Source: Alistipes shahii (GTDB lineage Bacteria; Bacillota_I; Bacilli_A; RFN20; CAG-826). Taken from it: 64,000 nt of DNA. Shown piece after piece: positions 1 through 9,511 of this stretch (within the stretch, counting starts at the first letter, position 1; each line of letters opens with the position of its first letter). The notes below the pieces were generated by a model. That model did not search any database. It worked only from the letters and a program-made list of their open reading frames with translations, and was not told the DNA's origin. Made by a program: the position numbers and the translations under genes. Where the stretch lies: contig CAVBUY010000002.1 in NCBI GenBank assembly GCA_963598795.1, positions 700-64,699 on the forward strand, written 5' to 3'.

Positions 1-535
1 CGTCCTCAATAATGGCGTTGGAAACCTCGGCTTGTTCCAATGTGAGGGTATTATATGGAGAATATTTGAAAAGATTCGAATTTCTAAGTTCGTCCAATTC
101 GTGGTTTGCCAAATTCAATTTCTTTAATTTGGCCCATATGAAATCTATTTTATTCAAATACTTTGATCGCTCATAGTAATCATGTTTGAATGATTGGCCG
201 CCATTCATATTTTGCAACTTGAATTTTTTGTCGGCCCCACAAAGCTGTATTAAGTTCTGTTCCAAATCCAAAATGGCTGATTTGTTGAATTCATCATCAA
301 AAATAACATTAAAATCAGTCAGTTTTTGCCTATTTTCATTATTAAGATGCTGTTCCATTCTATAAACGGCGTTCTGCGTTTCGCCAATATAAAGTTCTTT
401 ATCATTGCTGATAAGATACACCACTGGCCAATTTTGAGATTTCTTCCTACTAGAAAGTTCTCTCTTCCCGTCTTGGGTAAACGAATATCTTGCCAATTCG
501 GTCTTTGGTTTGTTTTTTGTATTATTTACATCCAT
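1..535 (-). CDS. GIY-YIG nuclease-domain N-terminus of a larger protein (partial; continues beyond window start), possibly GIY-YIG + DUF2075 helicase-like
   Basis: Minus-strand ORF open to the window edge, so it is absent from the ORF track. My translation from ATG (complement of 533-535): MDVNNTKNKPKTELARYSFTQDGKRELSSRKKSQNWPVVYLISNDKELYIGETQNAVYRMEQHLNNE... The VVYLI..LYIGET..R..QH pattern is GIY-YIG-like. The downstream domain is not visible. Confidence 0.55.
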   Translation of the reverse strand, partial: MDVNNTKNKPKTELARYSFTQDGKRELSSRKKSQNWPVVYLISNDKELYIGETQNAVYRMEQHLNNENRQKLTDFNVIFDDEFNKSAILDLEQNLIQLCGADKKFKLQNMNGGQSFKHDYYERSKYLNKIDFIWAKLKKLNLANHELDELRNSNLFKYSPYNTLTLEQAEVSNAIIED

Positions 536-615
536 GGAATGTTTATAACATTTTTATAGCATAACGCAAGATGAGAAAGCGTCCGCTGCAAAGCGTTCGC
601 CAATGATTCAATAGG

Positions 616-1092
616 CTATTTTTTCCACTTCATAAACGTAAATCTAACCCCATTTTCATTTATTGGTTCGCTTTGCTCATAGCAAACAAACTTATCATCT
701 ATATTTGGGAAGAAAACCGTAGCTTTGCCGTCTACATCGACCTTGGTCATCCACACCTCGTCAACAATATCGATCGTGGATTTGTAAATTGAGGCTCCAC
801 CAATGATAAAAACGACATCGTCCTTCGAATATCCTCTTATCAAAGACATGAATTCATCCAACGACGAAGCATTTATGACCCCATCAGTTGGCTCATGGGA
901 AAGAACGATGTTAGTTCTATTCTTTAATGGTTTTCCGTTTGGCAACGACTTGAGAGTGTTTTTGCCCATGGCCACAACGTGACCTTGGGTGGACTCCTTA
1001 AAGAACCTCATATCGGTCGGCAAATGGAAAAGGAGATGGTTGTCTTTCCCTATGCCCAAGTTTTTGTCCACGTTAACGATTGCAATAATCAT
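616..1092 (-). CDS. folA: dihydrofolate reductase
   Basis: 158 aa. MIIAIVNVDKNLGIGKDNHLLFHLPTDMRFFKESTQG..VAMGKNT..SLP and IIGGASIY are typical DHFR motifs. 4-nt overlap with thyA stop. Confidence 0.9.
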   Translation of the reverse strand: MIIAIVNVDKNLGIGKDNHLLFHLPTDMRFFKESTQGHVVAMGKNTLKSLPNGKPLKNRTNIVLSHEPTDGVINASSLDEFMSLIRGYSKDDVVFIIGGASIYKSTIDIVDEVWMTKVDVDGKATVFFPNIDDKFVCYEQSEPINENGVRFTFMKWKK

Positions 1093-1919
1093 ATGGCCAC
1101 TTCGATCTTCTTGTCCAATTTCTCGAACTCATAGTCCTCTAGCTTAAAGCTATCGACGGTGAAATCGTAGAAATTGGTTATCGTCTTATCCATTATAAGC
1201 TTCGGGGCTTTATGCTGGGGTTTGGAAATTATCTCTTTCACTATCGGGACGTGCCTATCGTAAATGTGGGCGTCCGCGATTACGTGAACCAACTTCCCGG
1301 GCTTAAGGCCCGATACCTGGGCAAACATCATCAAAAGGATGGAATATTGAAGAACGTTCCAATTGTTCGCGGTAAGCATGTCGTTGCTTCTTTGGTTCAA
1401 TATGCCGTTTAAAGTGTCCCCGGTTACATTGAAAGTCATCGAATAAGCGCATGGATATAGTCCCATCTCATGCAAATCTTGAAAGTTATAAATATTGGTT
1501 ATCATCCTTCTTGAAGCCGGATCATTCTTTAAGGACCATAATATCCTATCGACCTGATCCATCTCCCCTTCCGGATAGATATGCTTGATGCCTAATTGGT
1601 AGCCATAAGCTTTGCCGATGGTCCCGTTTTCATCCGCCCAGGCATCCCAAATATGAGAATGAAGATCGCTGATCTTATTGGATTTCTTTTGCCATATCCA
1701 AAGCAATTCGTCGATGCAATTTTTAAAGGCCGTCCTTCTGATGGTCAATATGGGAAGTTCCTCTTGGAGATCGTAGGTATTGACTATGCAGAACTTCTTT
1801 ATGGTATGGGCCGGGGTTCCGTCTTCCCAATGGGGACGGACATTCAACTTCTCATCCGAAAAGCCATTCTCCAATATATCCTTCATGTTAGATACGAAAA
1901 TCTGATCGGCCCTAGACAT
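1089..1919 (-). CDS. thyA: thymidylate synthase (ThyA)
   Basis: ORF 1089..1958; likely start at MSRADQ (ATG 1917-1919). Motifs HWEDGTPAHT, LPILTIRR, CIDELLWIW, YPCAYSMTFNV, NQRSNDM. Confidence 0.92.
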   Translation of the reverse strand: MSRADQIFVSNMKDILENGFSDEKLNVRPHWEDGTPAHTIKKFCIVNTYDLQEELPILTIRRTAFKNCIDELLWIWQKKSNKISDLHSHIWDAWADENGTIGKAYGYQLGIKHIYPEGEMDQVDRILWSLKNDPASRRMITNIYNFQDLHEMGLYPCAYSMTFNVTGDTLNGILNQRSNDMLTANNWNVLQYSILLMMFAQVSGLKPGKLVHVIADAHIYDRHVPIVKEIISKPQHKAPKLIMDKTITNFYDFTVDSFKLEDYEFEKLDKKIEVAI

Positions 1920-2077
1920 AATCAATAACCCCCTATAAAAGATAAGGTATTCTAGCACTTATGAACAAAAACTTGTGGCATAAAATGCCAAAAGCCCCTT
2001 TAATCCTTGAATAGGATTAAGAAGGAACTATCATAGTATCGCTTCAAGCAAAGGGAGAAATCGTTACGAAATACGTA

Positions 2078-2398
2078 TTGGATCTATATTTCGAGAACAA
2101 CGACCATATGGCCCATATGTTCTCGACACTAAGGGAACATGGCTTCAACGGGGTGGTGTTCGCCACCACGTCCTTAAAGCACGCCATGCAAGGAGAAGAA
2201 AGCGACGAAAGGCATTTCTTGAATCTGGCCCATCTGGAATTGGCCAAGATGGAAGAGACGACTTTTGCCATCTTTATCTTAGAAGAAGACAAATTAGCCG
2301 AAATCAAAGAGATAATCAGGAAGGAAACCAATAACTTCAAGGACATGAAAGGCGGAATGTATTCCCGTCCCGTCCCTGATTTCGAAGGCTCTATCTAA
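2078..2398 (+). CDS. PII-like small signalling protein, DarA/PstA (cyclic-di-AMP receptor, DUF970)-like
   Basis: 106 aa with a TTG start. By eye it aligns to remembered B. subtilis DarA: HGFNGVVFATTS vs NFR.TKLATTGG, TTFAIFILEEDKLAEIKEIIRKE vs TTFL.GV.D..VDE.L..I, C-terminal GGMYSRPVPDFEG vs GGATVFV.PVD.F. The stop lies 2 nt before the antiporter ATG. Confidence 0.5.
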   Translation: MDLYFENNDHMAHMFSTLREHGFNGVVFATTSLKHAMQGEESDERHFLNLAHLELAKMEETTFAIFILEEDKLAEIKEIIRKETNNFKDMKGGMYSRPVPDFEGSI

Positions 2399-2400
2399 AT

Positions 2401-3735
2401 ATGAATAAGTTCCTATATTTGGCGATCGCCATTGCCATCGCCCTTCTTTCTTCGCGTTTGATGAAGAAAATAAAACTCCCTAACGTCACGGGATATCTAA
2501 TCACCGGCATTTTGGTGGGACCATATGTATTGGGCCTTGCCTTTAACGGCGGCAATTTCACCAACGATCCAAATAACAACGAAATCCTTTCCTTCGTCGA
2601 TTCTCTCTCTTGGATAAGCGACATCGCCTTGGGTTTTATCGCCTTTAGCATTGGGACTTCCTTTAAGCTATCGGCCTTAAAAATGGTAGGGAAGCGAGTG
2701 ATCGTAATCACTATATTCGAAGCCCTGGGTGGATCATTGCTGGTTTTATTGGGCCTTACCATCGCCCATTTCATTTGGCCAAGCTATATCGGTTGGGAAT
2801 TGGTGATAACATTGGGAGCCATCGCCGCCGCAACGGCCCCGGCCGCCACCTTGATGGTCGTAAAGCAATATAAGGCCAAAGGGCCATTGGTCAATACCTT
2901 GCTCCCGGTCGTGGCCTTGGATGACGCGGCGGCCTTAATATTGTTCGCCATACTATTCTCGGTGGCCAAAACCGTGGTTGGCGCTTCATCTTTCAACGTC
3001 TTGACTTCTTTAGTCAAACCTTTGTTGGAAATAATCTTCTCCTTGGGCTTTGGGGCCATAATAGGATTTGTGGTTTCCTTTGCCTGCGTCTTTTTCAAAT
3101 CGAGAGCCAATAGGATGATAATTTCCATTTGCTCCATCTTACTATGCCTTGGCCTATATAAGCTTTTTGGCACGATAAATCTATTTGGGGAAGGGATAGA
3201 ATTATCTTCCCTACTAATGTGCATGATGGTTGGCGCCGTCTTCATAAATGCCAGAAAGGACGCCTTGGGAACGTTTGATCGCATCGATCAATTCACCCCA
3301 CCGGTATTTATGTTGTTCTTCGTCCTTAGCGGGGCGGAATTGGATTTGACGATATTCGCCGACAAATTGGCTTTATATATCATAATCGCCGCCTTGTTCT
3401 ATGCGATATTCAGGGCTATCGGCAAGTGGTTGGGGGCCTTTACGGGGGCTTCTATCACCAAAGCCGAGCCAACGGTTAGGAAATACTTAGGCTTTACTTT
3501 GGTTCCGCAAGCGGGTGTAGCCATAGGGTTATCTACCACCGCATCAAGGGTCTTTGGCTCATCTTCCATCATCGAAGTCCAACAAGCCGGGGCGATGATA
3601 TTGGCGGTCGTTCTAACTTCAACCTTGGTCTATGAACTCGTTGGCCCGGTCATAACGAAAGTGGCCCTTATTAAAGCTGGGGAAATCCAAATCGAGCCAA
3701 AGAAAAAGAAAGAAGAAAATCAGATTAGCAAATAA
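2401..3735 (+). CDS. cation:proton antiporter (CPA2 / Na+/H+-exchanger family), no RCK domain
   Basis: 444 aa, about 12 hydrophobic segments. N-terminal LPNVTGYLITGILVGPYVLG is a typical Kef/CPA2 start. Short Lys-rich tail only. Confidence 0.8.
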   Translation: MNKFLYLAIAIAIALLSSRLMKKIKLPNVTGYLITGILVGPYVLGLAFNGGNFTNDPNNNEILSFVDSLSWISDIALGFIAFSIGTSFKLSALKMVGKRVIVITIFEALGGSLLVLLGLTIAHFIWPSYIGWELVITLGAIAAATAPAATLMVVKQYKAKGPLVNTLLPVVALDDAAALILFAILFSVAKTVVGASSFNVLTSLVKPLLEIIFSLGFGAIIGFVVSFACVFFKSRANRMIISICSILLCLGLYKLFGTINLFGEGIELSSLLMCMMVGAVFINARKDALGTFDRIDQFTPPVFMLFFVLSGAELDLTIFADKLALYIIIAALFYAIFRAIGKWLGAFTGASITKAEPTVRKYLGFTLVPQAGVAIGLSTTASRVFGSSSIIEVQQAGAMILAVVLTSTLVYELVGPVITKVALIKAGEIQIEPKKKKEENQISK

Positions 3736-3772
3736 TCAAAAGGCGGAACTCGAAGTCCCGCTTTTTTCTTAG

Positions 3773-5215
3773 CTATCTCTTCTTGCTATTTTCCTTAAGG
3801 ATCTCGCAGATCTTATATCCGCCATCGTAATGGCCTTCTTCTTTGAGCTTATTTATCCTATGGATCATAAATCGGAGCAAATCTTTGTCTTCGATTATGT
3901 TCTTTAAAGATCTTTGCATCGACTTAGCGTCTTCGCATTCTTTGAAGGCATCGCCCATTTCGTGACCAAACCTCCCTCCATAAACCTCGTGTCCGCCGAT
4001 ATGGCGCATGAAGAGCTTGGGGATTGGATAAAACACGAGCTCGCTTGGTTTGGTGATAAGCAAATCCGACACTCGCATCAAAAGGTTGGTGGAATATACG
4101 GCTTGGAAGATGTCTTTGTTGCAGAAACAATATATCCCTTCAAGGTGAGAGTCCCGTATATTATCGACGAACTTGAGGAATTCGTCGTACTTATCGAAAT
4201 AATCGACGCTATTTAAAGAAGGAATCTTCTTTTTCATGATTTCATGGACTTTCTTATGGTCTCCGAAATTAATAAGCAAGCAAACCTTGTTCTCCTTAAC
4301 GTATGGCAATAGGAATTTGACGATGGATATGAATAAATCCGTGCCGGCCCCGGCCCCGCCAACGGTTAGGAGAATTCTCAAAGGCTCGCCGTCACCAAGC
4401 CTTTTAAGCCTTCTTTCATTGTCTTCTTTGAGGTTGATTAAAAATTCATGATCGACATAGCAGCCTACTTCTTTGATGTCGGAATCCTTCATGCCCTTTA
4501 GTTCCTTTTTGGAAAAGCCGTTAAGCGTTTTATATCCATAATAAGCAAAAGGGGTTTGGACGGTATGAATGGCGCCTTCAGATAAATGGAGAGCCATAGG
4601 CCAATTGTCTGGTATGGCGTTTACGACGTTTGTCATTTTTCCATGTATCGCCCCTTGAGCTGGCCAAACGTGGGTAGCCACATAAGGAATATCCTTGGGG
4701 ATGTTTCTAAATATCGGAATTAGCAATTCGGCATTCTTTTGGTCTTTCGCGTTATATTCGATTTTCTTAAAGCCTTCCGAATTTAAGGGTTCCCAAACGA
4801 AATGATTAAAGAGCTTCGACTTTTGGGAGATTTTGCTGGCCAACGAATACATGTCGTTTTGCTTTCTGATCATCTTCGAGCCAGTCGCGTCAAAGGAGGC
4901 TAAATCAAGCCAATATGGATTATATCCCATGGCTTTGGCACAGCTTGCCAAGGCAATGGAAATCCTATAATGGCCGAAGCCCATCCTGATGTTTCCGACG
5001 ATTAAAGCGTTCTCGTCGAATTTTTCGTTTTTATCGGCAAAGACTACTTCTTTGACCCCTAAGTTCTTTAAAGTCTCGTTTTCCTTGAAGCCGATTTTAT
5101 AGTCAAAAGAAGAATCGTCTCCGAATTCCTTGATGAATTTCTTTTTGGATTTTTCAGCGCTTTTGATCGTTTTCTTATTTATCTTGTTTCCGAAAATCAC
5201 AGAGGTCTTATCCAT
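3773..5215 (-). CDS. GT28 / MGDG-synthase (UgtP)-like glycosyltransferase
   Basis: 480 aa. GNIRMGFGHYRISIALA resembles the GNGH motif of UgtP. LLTVGGAGAG and LITKPSEL resemble UgtP LLIMAGAHG and MITKPGGIT (remembered sequence). 19-nt overlap with the upstream GH36 gene. Confidence 0.5.
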   Translation of the reverse strand: MDKTSVIFGNKINKKTIKSAEKSKKKFIKEFGDDSSFDYKIGFKENETLKNLGVKEVVFADKNEKFDENALIVGNIRMGFGHYRISIALASCAKAMGYNPYWLDLASFDATGSKMIRKQNDMYSLASKISQKSKLFNHFVWEPLNSEGFKKIEYNAKDQKNAELLIPIFRNIPKDIPYVATHVWPAQGAIHGKMTNVVNAIPDNWPMALHLSEGAIHTVQTPFAYYGYKTLNGFSKKELKGMKDSDIKEVGCYVDHEFLINLKEDNERRLKRLGDGEPLRILLTVGGAGAGTDLFISIVKFLLPYVKENKVCLLINFGDHKKVHEIMKKKIPSLNSVDYFDKYDEFLKFVDNIRDSHLEGIYCFCNKDIFQAVYSTNLLMRVSDLLITKPSELVFYPIPKLFMRHIGGHEVYGGRFGHEMGDAFKECEDAKSMQRSLKNIIEDKDLLRFMIHRINKLKEEGHYDGGYKICEILKENSKKR

Positions 5216-6867
5216 GCTATCTCTCCTTTTTTGGATATATATCTTAAAGTATATTTCCCACCATTATTAACGAAATCGATATCGATGATAGACTTGTTTT
5301 TCCTGATATCGATTATCTTGGATCCAACATATTTTCTAGCTTCTTCCAGTATCTTTTTTTGCTTTACGTCATATTCGGAGACATCGTCGCTAGTCATAAG
5401 GAGGGAACCGCATAAGTGGTTTATAATGACCAACGATTCTTTTTGCTTTTCGTTCAATTCGATGTTTTTATCCCTTAAAAGGTAAACGTCCGGGTCATTC
5501 AAAAAGCAAACCTTATCGAAATAGTTCCTATAAATCGTGTTCACCAAGGTGATTTTGGTCGAAATCCTCTCGCGATGGAAAAGCTTCATATAGAACTTAT
5601 CGTCGAATTTTAAAGAAACGTCTGGTCCGATCCTCATATAATCGATAAGGTTAAAACAACTAGAAAGAGGAACTCCGCAGCCAAGGATAAGAGAGTCTTC
5701 CCCCAATTCGTTTCGGATAAGTTCCATCATAAAACGCATTTGCTCGGCTCGCGTTTTAGACTCACTCTTAACCAAACAAGCGGCATATAGGAAATCTAAT
5801 TTGAAGAAATCAAAGCCGAGTTCTTTGTAATATCTAAGGCATTTTTTGATATATTCGATAACTTCTGGTTTGTTTACATCCAAAGGGCAATCTCCGCTCC
5901 AATTACATCCGGCATAAACCTCTTTCCCGTTTTCTCTATATATGAATTCTGGATGTTCTTTAAACAATCTCGAATCCTTTTCCGCCACCAATGGAGCGAG
6001 CCAAATCCCGGCCTTTAATCCTTTTTGATGGATTTTCTCCAAAATCGGCTTAAGCCCATTTGGAAACTTTTCTTTGTCGATATTGAGCCAATCTCCGACG
6101 AAAGTTTCATATCCGTCGTCTATTTGAAATAAGTCATATTCCTTTGAATCGATGGAATCTAGATTTTTAAGAATTACCTCTTCATTGATATTTTGATAAT
6201 GGTTATACCATGAGGTGTAGCCTCTTAAGGGCTTAATATCCCTATTGGTTTTATACAAAGAAAGATACTCTCTCGTTATATTGAGATAGTTTCCTTCATA
6301 TTTAATAAAATCGAACAAGGTGAATTCTTTGTTTATAACTCTACCGTTTACATCGCTCTCCAAACGGATTCTATTATGCTTAATGTCGTGATTTATGATC
6401 AAAAAGGCATTGAAACAGTTCTTTGAGCCATAAAGAATGGCGTTTCCGGTTTCCTTGTTCCTTATATAAGAGAAAGTGTAGCCATGGAGAACCCTCAATT
6501 TGTATTTTTTGAAAACCTCGTCCCCATATTCTTTGAAATGGAACATATCCATCACCTTTTTATGAAAAGGGGAGAATTTTTTTAGGTATTTGCAGGTTTT
6601 GAATCTATCCAAAGAATTGAGATCCTCATTGATATCGAATTCCCTCGTATCGGTCCAAGACTGATACCCGTTTAGATAGAGGCATTCGTTTTTGCTATAT
6701 AAATGAGAGATGTCAAGATAGGCTTCCAGCAATTGGATTTCTTTCTTTGGCTTGATTTTGATTATCGTCTCGTTTTCTTTTTCAAAGGTATCCAAAGAAT
6801 AGTCTTCGTTTTCTTTTTCAAAGGAAGTTTTGACGATTCCGTCAACTTTATAAATCAAAGTTAGCAT
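5197..6867 (-). CDS. alpha-galactosidase, GH36 (TmGalA-like)
   Basis: 556 aa. IDDGYETFVGDW, FPNGLKPILEKIHQKGLKAGIWLAP and FDFFKLDFLYAA are typical GH36 catalytic-barrel motifs. Confidence 0.75.
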   Translation of the reverse strand: MLTLIYKVDGIVKTSFEKENEDYSLDTFEKENETIIKIKPKKEIQLLEAYLDISHLYSKNECLYLNGYQSWTDTREFDINEDLNSLDRFKTCKYLKKFSPFHKKVMDMFHFKEYGDEVFKKYKLRVLHGYTFSYIRNKETGNAILYGSKNCFNAFLIINHDIKHNRIRLESDVNGRVINKEFTLFDFIKYEGNYLNITREYLSLYKTNRDIKPLRGYTSWYNHYQNINEEVILKNLDSIDSKEYDLFQIDDGYETFVGDWLNIDKEKFPNGLKPILEKIHQKGLKAGIWLAPLVAEKDSRLFKEHPEFIYRENGKEVYAGCNWSGDCPLDVNKPEVIEYIKKCLRYYKELGFDFFKLDFLYAACLVKSESKTRAEQMRFMMELIRNELGEDSLILGCGVPLSSCFNLIDYMRIGPDVSLKFDDKFYMKLFHRERISTKITLVNTIYRNYFDKVCFLNDPDVYLLRDKNIELNEKQKESLVIINHLCGSLLMTSDDVSEYDVKQKKILEEARKYVGSKIIDIRKNKSIIDIDFVNNGGKYTLRYISKKGEIAWIRPL

Positions 6868-6869
6868 CT

Positions 6870-8345
6870 TTAATCCTTAGCTTCTTCCTTTTGCTCATTA
6901 ACTTCTACATCAATGGTTTCGTTCGGAGTCAAAGATTCGATTTGAAGTTTGCTAGATAAGACCGCATTAACGCCTTTTTCGTTATAGAAAACCAAGATCA
7001 AAGCGCCCAACAAGCAGAAGACGATGGCAACTCCTCCGACCAAACGGACGCCAAGCTCAGAAGCGACGATATCGTTGCTGCCTTCGATTTGGGTGGCTCC
7101 GATTATCGCTAAGGAAGTAAAGGCCAAAGTGGCTAATGACTGACCCATTTTCATCGCAAAGGTCCTGGCCGCAAAGAACATTCCTTCTCTGTTCTCTTTC
7201 GTTTTGATGGCCTCGCATTCGGCAACGTCTGCAACGATGGATTGAGGGATGATTCCCAGCAAAGCCATCGGGAAAGCCGCTATGACAACGATCAAAACGC
7301 CAATCAAAGAGAATTCCCCGAAATGGACATCGAATCCATTTAATCCGCAAACAGTCGCCAAAACATAGGCTAGAGACAATCCTATAAACCCGACGATAGT
7401 CAGCTTTTTCTTGCCAAATTTTTTAACGAGCTTAGAAACCAAAGGATAGAAGGCCGCGCTTAAAACGGTCATCGCGCCCATATAATAAAGGGTGGTTGAG
7501 CCGTCTGTATCGCCCATTAAGACCTTAACAAAGAAGGGAAGGCCGGTCTGGAAAAGAGTAAGGCCGATCCAATACATGATGTCGCTGGCGACGAAAACCC
7601 TGAAGTCCTTGTTTTTGAAAGTCGACTTAAGAGACTTGAAGGTGTTGGTTTTGACCGGCGGATTGTCGACGAATTCCCTTTCTTTGAGCAAAAAGGTCGG
7701 AAGCAACATGCATACGCAGGCAATGACCGCCAATACGATGAAACAAATCCTATAACTCCAAGCAAAGCCCACCGCTTCTCTAAGGAAGTTGGCGAACACA
7801 AACGGCGTATAGGCAAGCAACAATCCGAAGAAATAAGTAAGAGATATCGCCGTTGAGATATACATTCTGTCTTCTTGCGTCTTCCCGAATTCGCTGATAA
7901 GGGCGTTATAAGGGGTGCAATAGCAAGTCATAAAGAAATAGAACAAGATCAAAAAGACCAAGATCCAAGCGAAATTGATATAGCTTATAGAATTAATCGG
8001 AGCGCAGAAAACAACGACTGTTAAAACGGCAAATGGTATAGCGCTCCATTGCATGAAAGGAATCCTTCTCCCCTTTTTGGATCTGCATCCATCGCTCCAA
8101 CTGGCGACTAATGGATCGGTAACCGCATCAAATATTCTGCAAATGAAGGTTATTAACCCCAATAAAGTCAAAATGCCGCCGATGATGAGACCTGGCTTTA
8201 TATAGCTGATGGCTCCGCTATCCAAATCTCCTTGGGTGGGCAAATAGAAAGTAACGAGCCAAGTGTTGATAATGCCACCAAGCAAGCTCCATCCTAATTG
8301 ACCGATGGCAAATATCCACATTTGCCCTTTTGTCAGTCTTTTCAT
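6870..8345 (-). CDS. glycoside-pentoside-hexuronide (GPH):cation symporter, MFS
   Basis: 491 aa, 12 TM. DAVTDPLVASWSDGCRSKKGRRIPFM is the GPH/MelB signature loop. First gene of the transporter / GH36 / GT operon. Confidence 0.8.
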   Translation of the reverse strand: MKRLTKGQMWIFAIGQLGWSLLGGIINTWLVTFYLPTQGDLDSGAISYIKPGLIIGGILTLLGLITFICRIFDAVTDPLVASWSDGCRSKKGRRIPFMQWSAIPFAVLTVVVFCAPINSISYINFAWILVFLILFYFFMTCYCTPYNALISEFGKTQEDRMYISTAISLTYFFGLLLAYTPFVFANFLREAVGFAWSYRICFIVLAVIACVCMLLPTFLLKEREFVDNPPVKTNTFKSLKSTFKNKDFRVFVASDIMYWIGLTLFQTGLPFFVKVLMGDTDGSTTLYYMGAMTVLSAAFYPLVSKLVKKFGKKKLTIVGFIGLSLAYVLATVCGLNGFDVHFGEFSLIGVLIVVIAAFPMALLGIIPQSIVADVAECEAIKTKENREGMFFAARTFAMKMGQSLATLAFTSLAIIGATQIEGSNDIVASELGVRLVGGVAIVFCLLGALILVFYNEKGVNAVLSSKLQIESLTPNETIDVEVNEQKEEAKD

Positions 8346-8599
8346 GGGTAAGTCCCTTTCTCTATCGCTTCCGATTATAAATCATAAGGAAGCATAAACT
8401 TTATTCATATAATACACATTAAAAGCGCGTTTCGCTTTCAATTATTTAACTTATTTAAAAATATCTAGGCAAATAGAAGCCTTCGAATGAATTTGACTGT
8501 AAAAAGCATCGATGAAAAAGCGGGAATAACGGCAATTATCTAAAACAACATATAGAAGCACGAATGAAGCTTAAAACCTTTCGATTGATCAATTTCCGG

Positions 8600-9436
8600 C
8601 TATTTTTTTACCAATTCGTCAAGTTTGCCCTTCAAGGCGAGATATCTTTGCTTTTTCTCCGGCTCTCTTTCAAAAACCTCATCCCTTGGCAAGGGGATTT
8701 GAATGGAATAATCCACTGTCTCCCCATGAAATTGCTCGGAAGTTAAATCGATGATAACCCCATCGATTATATTGAAGGAATGGGTGAGTCCGTTATCTAA
8801 CGGGGTGCCAAAAACTTCTCCGCCGAAAATATCTTGGACCACATAGGCGGTAGGACTGCATTGGGCCAATGTCTTATTGTCTTTGTTCCATTTGGGTGCC
8901 AATCTCTTTGAACAAGATTCCGGTCCCCAGCACTTTGATAGCAAGTCGTATAATTTCCGCGGGTCATCGATTAAAAGATAGTTGTTGTTTATAGGGTGCA
9001 TATCCGCGTTTTCGGCATTGTAGAACTTATATTTGATATCCATGATATTTTCCTTTAATAAAGCTTTATCTGCCGAACACCAAGGAAGGGTTTGTAGCTC
9101 TTCATAGGTAAAGAATTTCCCATCGGAATGGATATTCGGATTCAGCTTGATTTCGTTTTCATCAACGTCCGCGTCAAAGACGTGGAGATGGATAAAGAAG
9201 TCATCATATTCCAAGGAAATTGTTTCCCTAGGGATGATATTGGAAATGTTGGCGGACAATTCTTCTTTTATTTCTCTCTTTAAGGCGGCTTTCAACGATT
9301 CGCCTTTTTCTATCTTCCCTCCCGGAAATTCATATAAGCCTTTCAAAGAGCCATAAGCCCTTTTCGCGGCGAAGACCTTATTTCCCTTATGGAAGATAGC
9401 GCATACGACATTTATCGATAATTTGACCATAGACAA
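8600..9436 (-). CDS. NUDIX hydrolase (MutT-like) fused to a YunG-like C-terminal domain
   Basis: 278 aa. NUDIX box GGKIEKGESLKAALKREIKEEL. The C-terminal CWGPESCS..WNKDNKTLAQCSPTAYVVQDIFGGEV..HSFNIIDGVIIDLTSEQF resembles the YunG family (remembered pattern GQC.vTA..vqd.fGG ... DlT..QF). Confidence 0.65.
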   Translation of the reverse strand: MSMVKLSINVVCAIFHKGNKVFAAKRAYGSLKGLYEFPGGKIEKGESLKAALKREIKEELSANISNIIPRETISLEYDDFFIHLHVFDADVDENEIKLNPNIHSDGKFFTYEELQTLPWCSADKALLKENIMDIKYKFYNAENADMHPINNNYLLIDDPRKLYDLLSKCWGPESCSKRLAPKWNKDNKTLAQCSPTAYVVQDIFGGEVFGTPLDNGLTHSFNIIDGVIIDLTSEQFHGETVDYSIQIPLPRDEVFEREPEKKQRYLALKGKLDELVKK

Positions 9437-9511
9437 AGTCTAGCACATCTTAAATAAAACGAGAGCCGGCGAAATCAAAAGGTTTGATGACTTTTTTTGC
9501 ACACCATTCCC

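Noticed and set aside
326-559. 77-aa plus-strand ORF
   Set aside because: It lies entirely antisense to the well-supported GIY-YIG-like minus-strand ORF. It is hydrophobic, low-complexity and has no RBS, so it is spurious.
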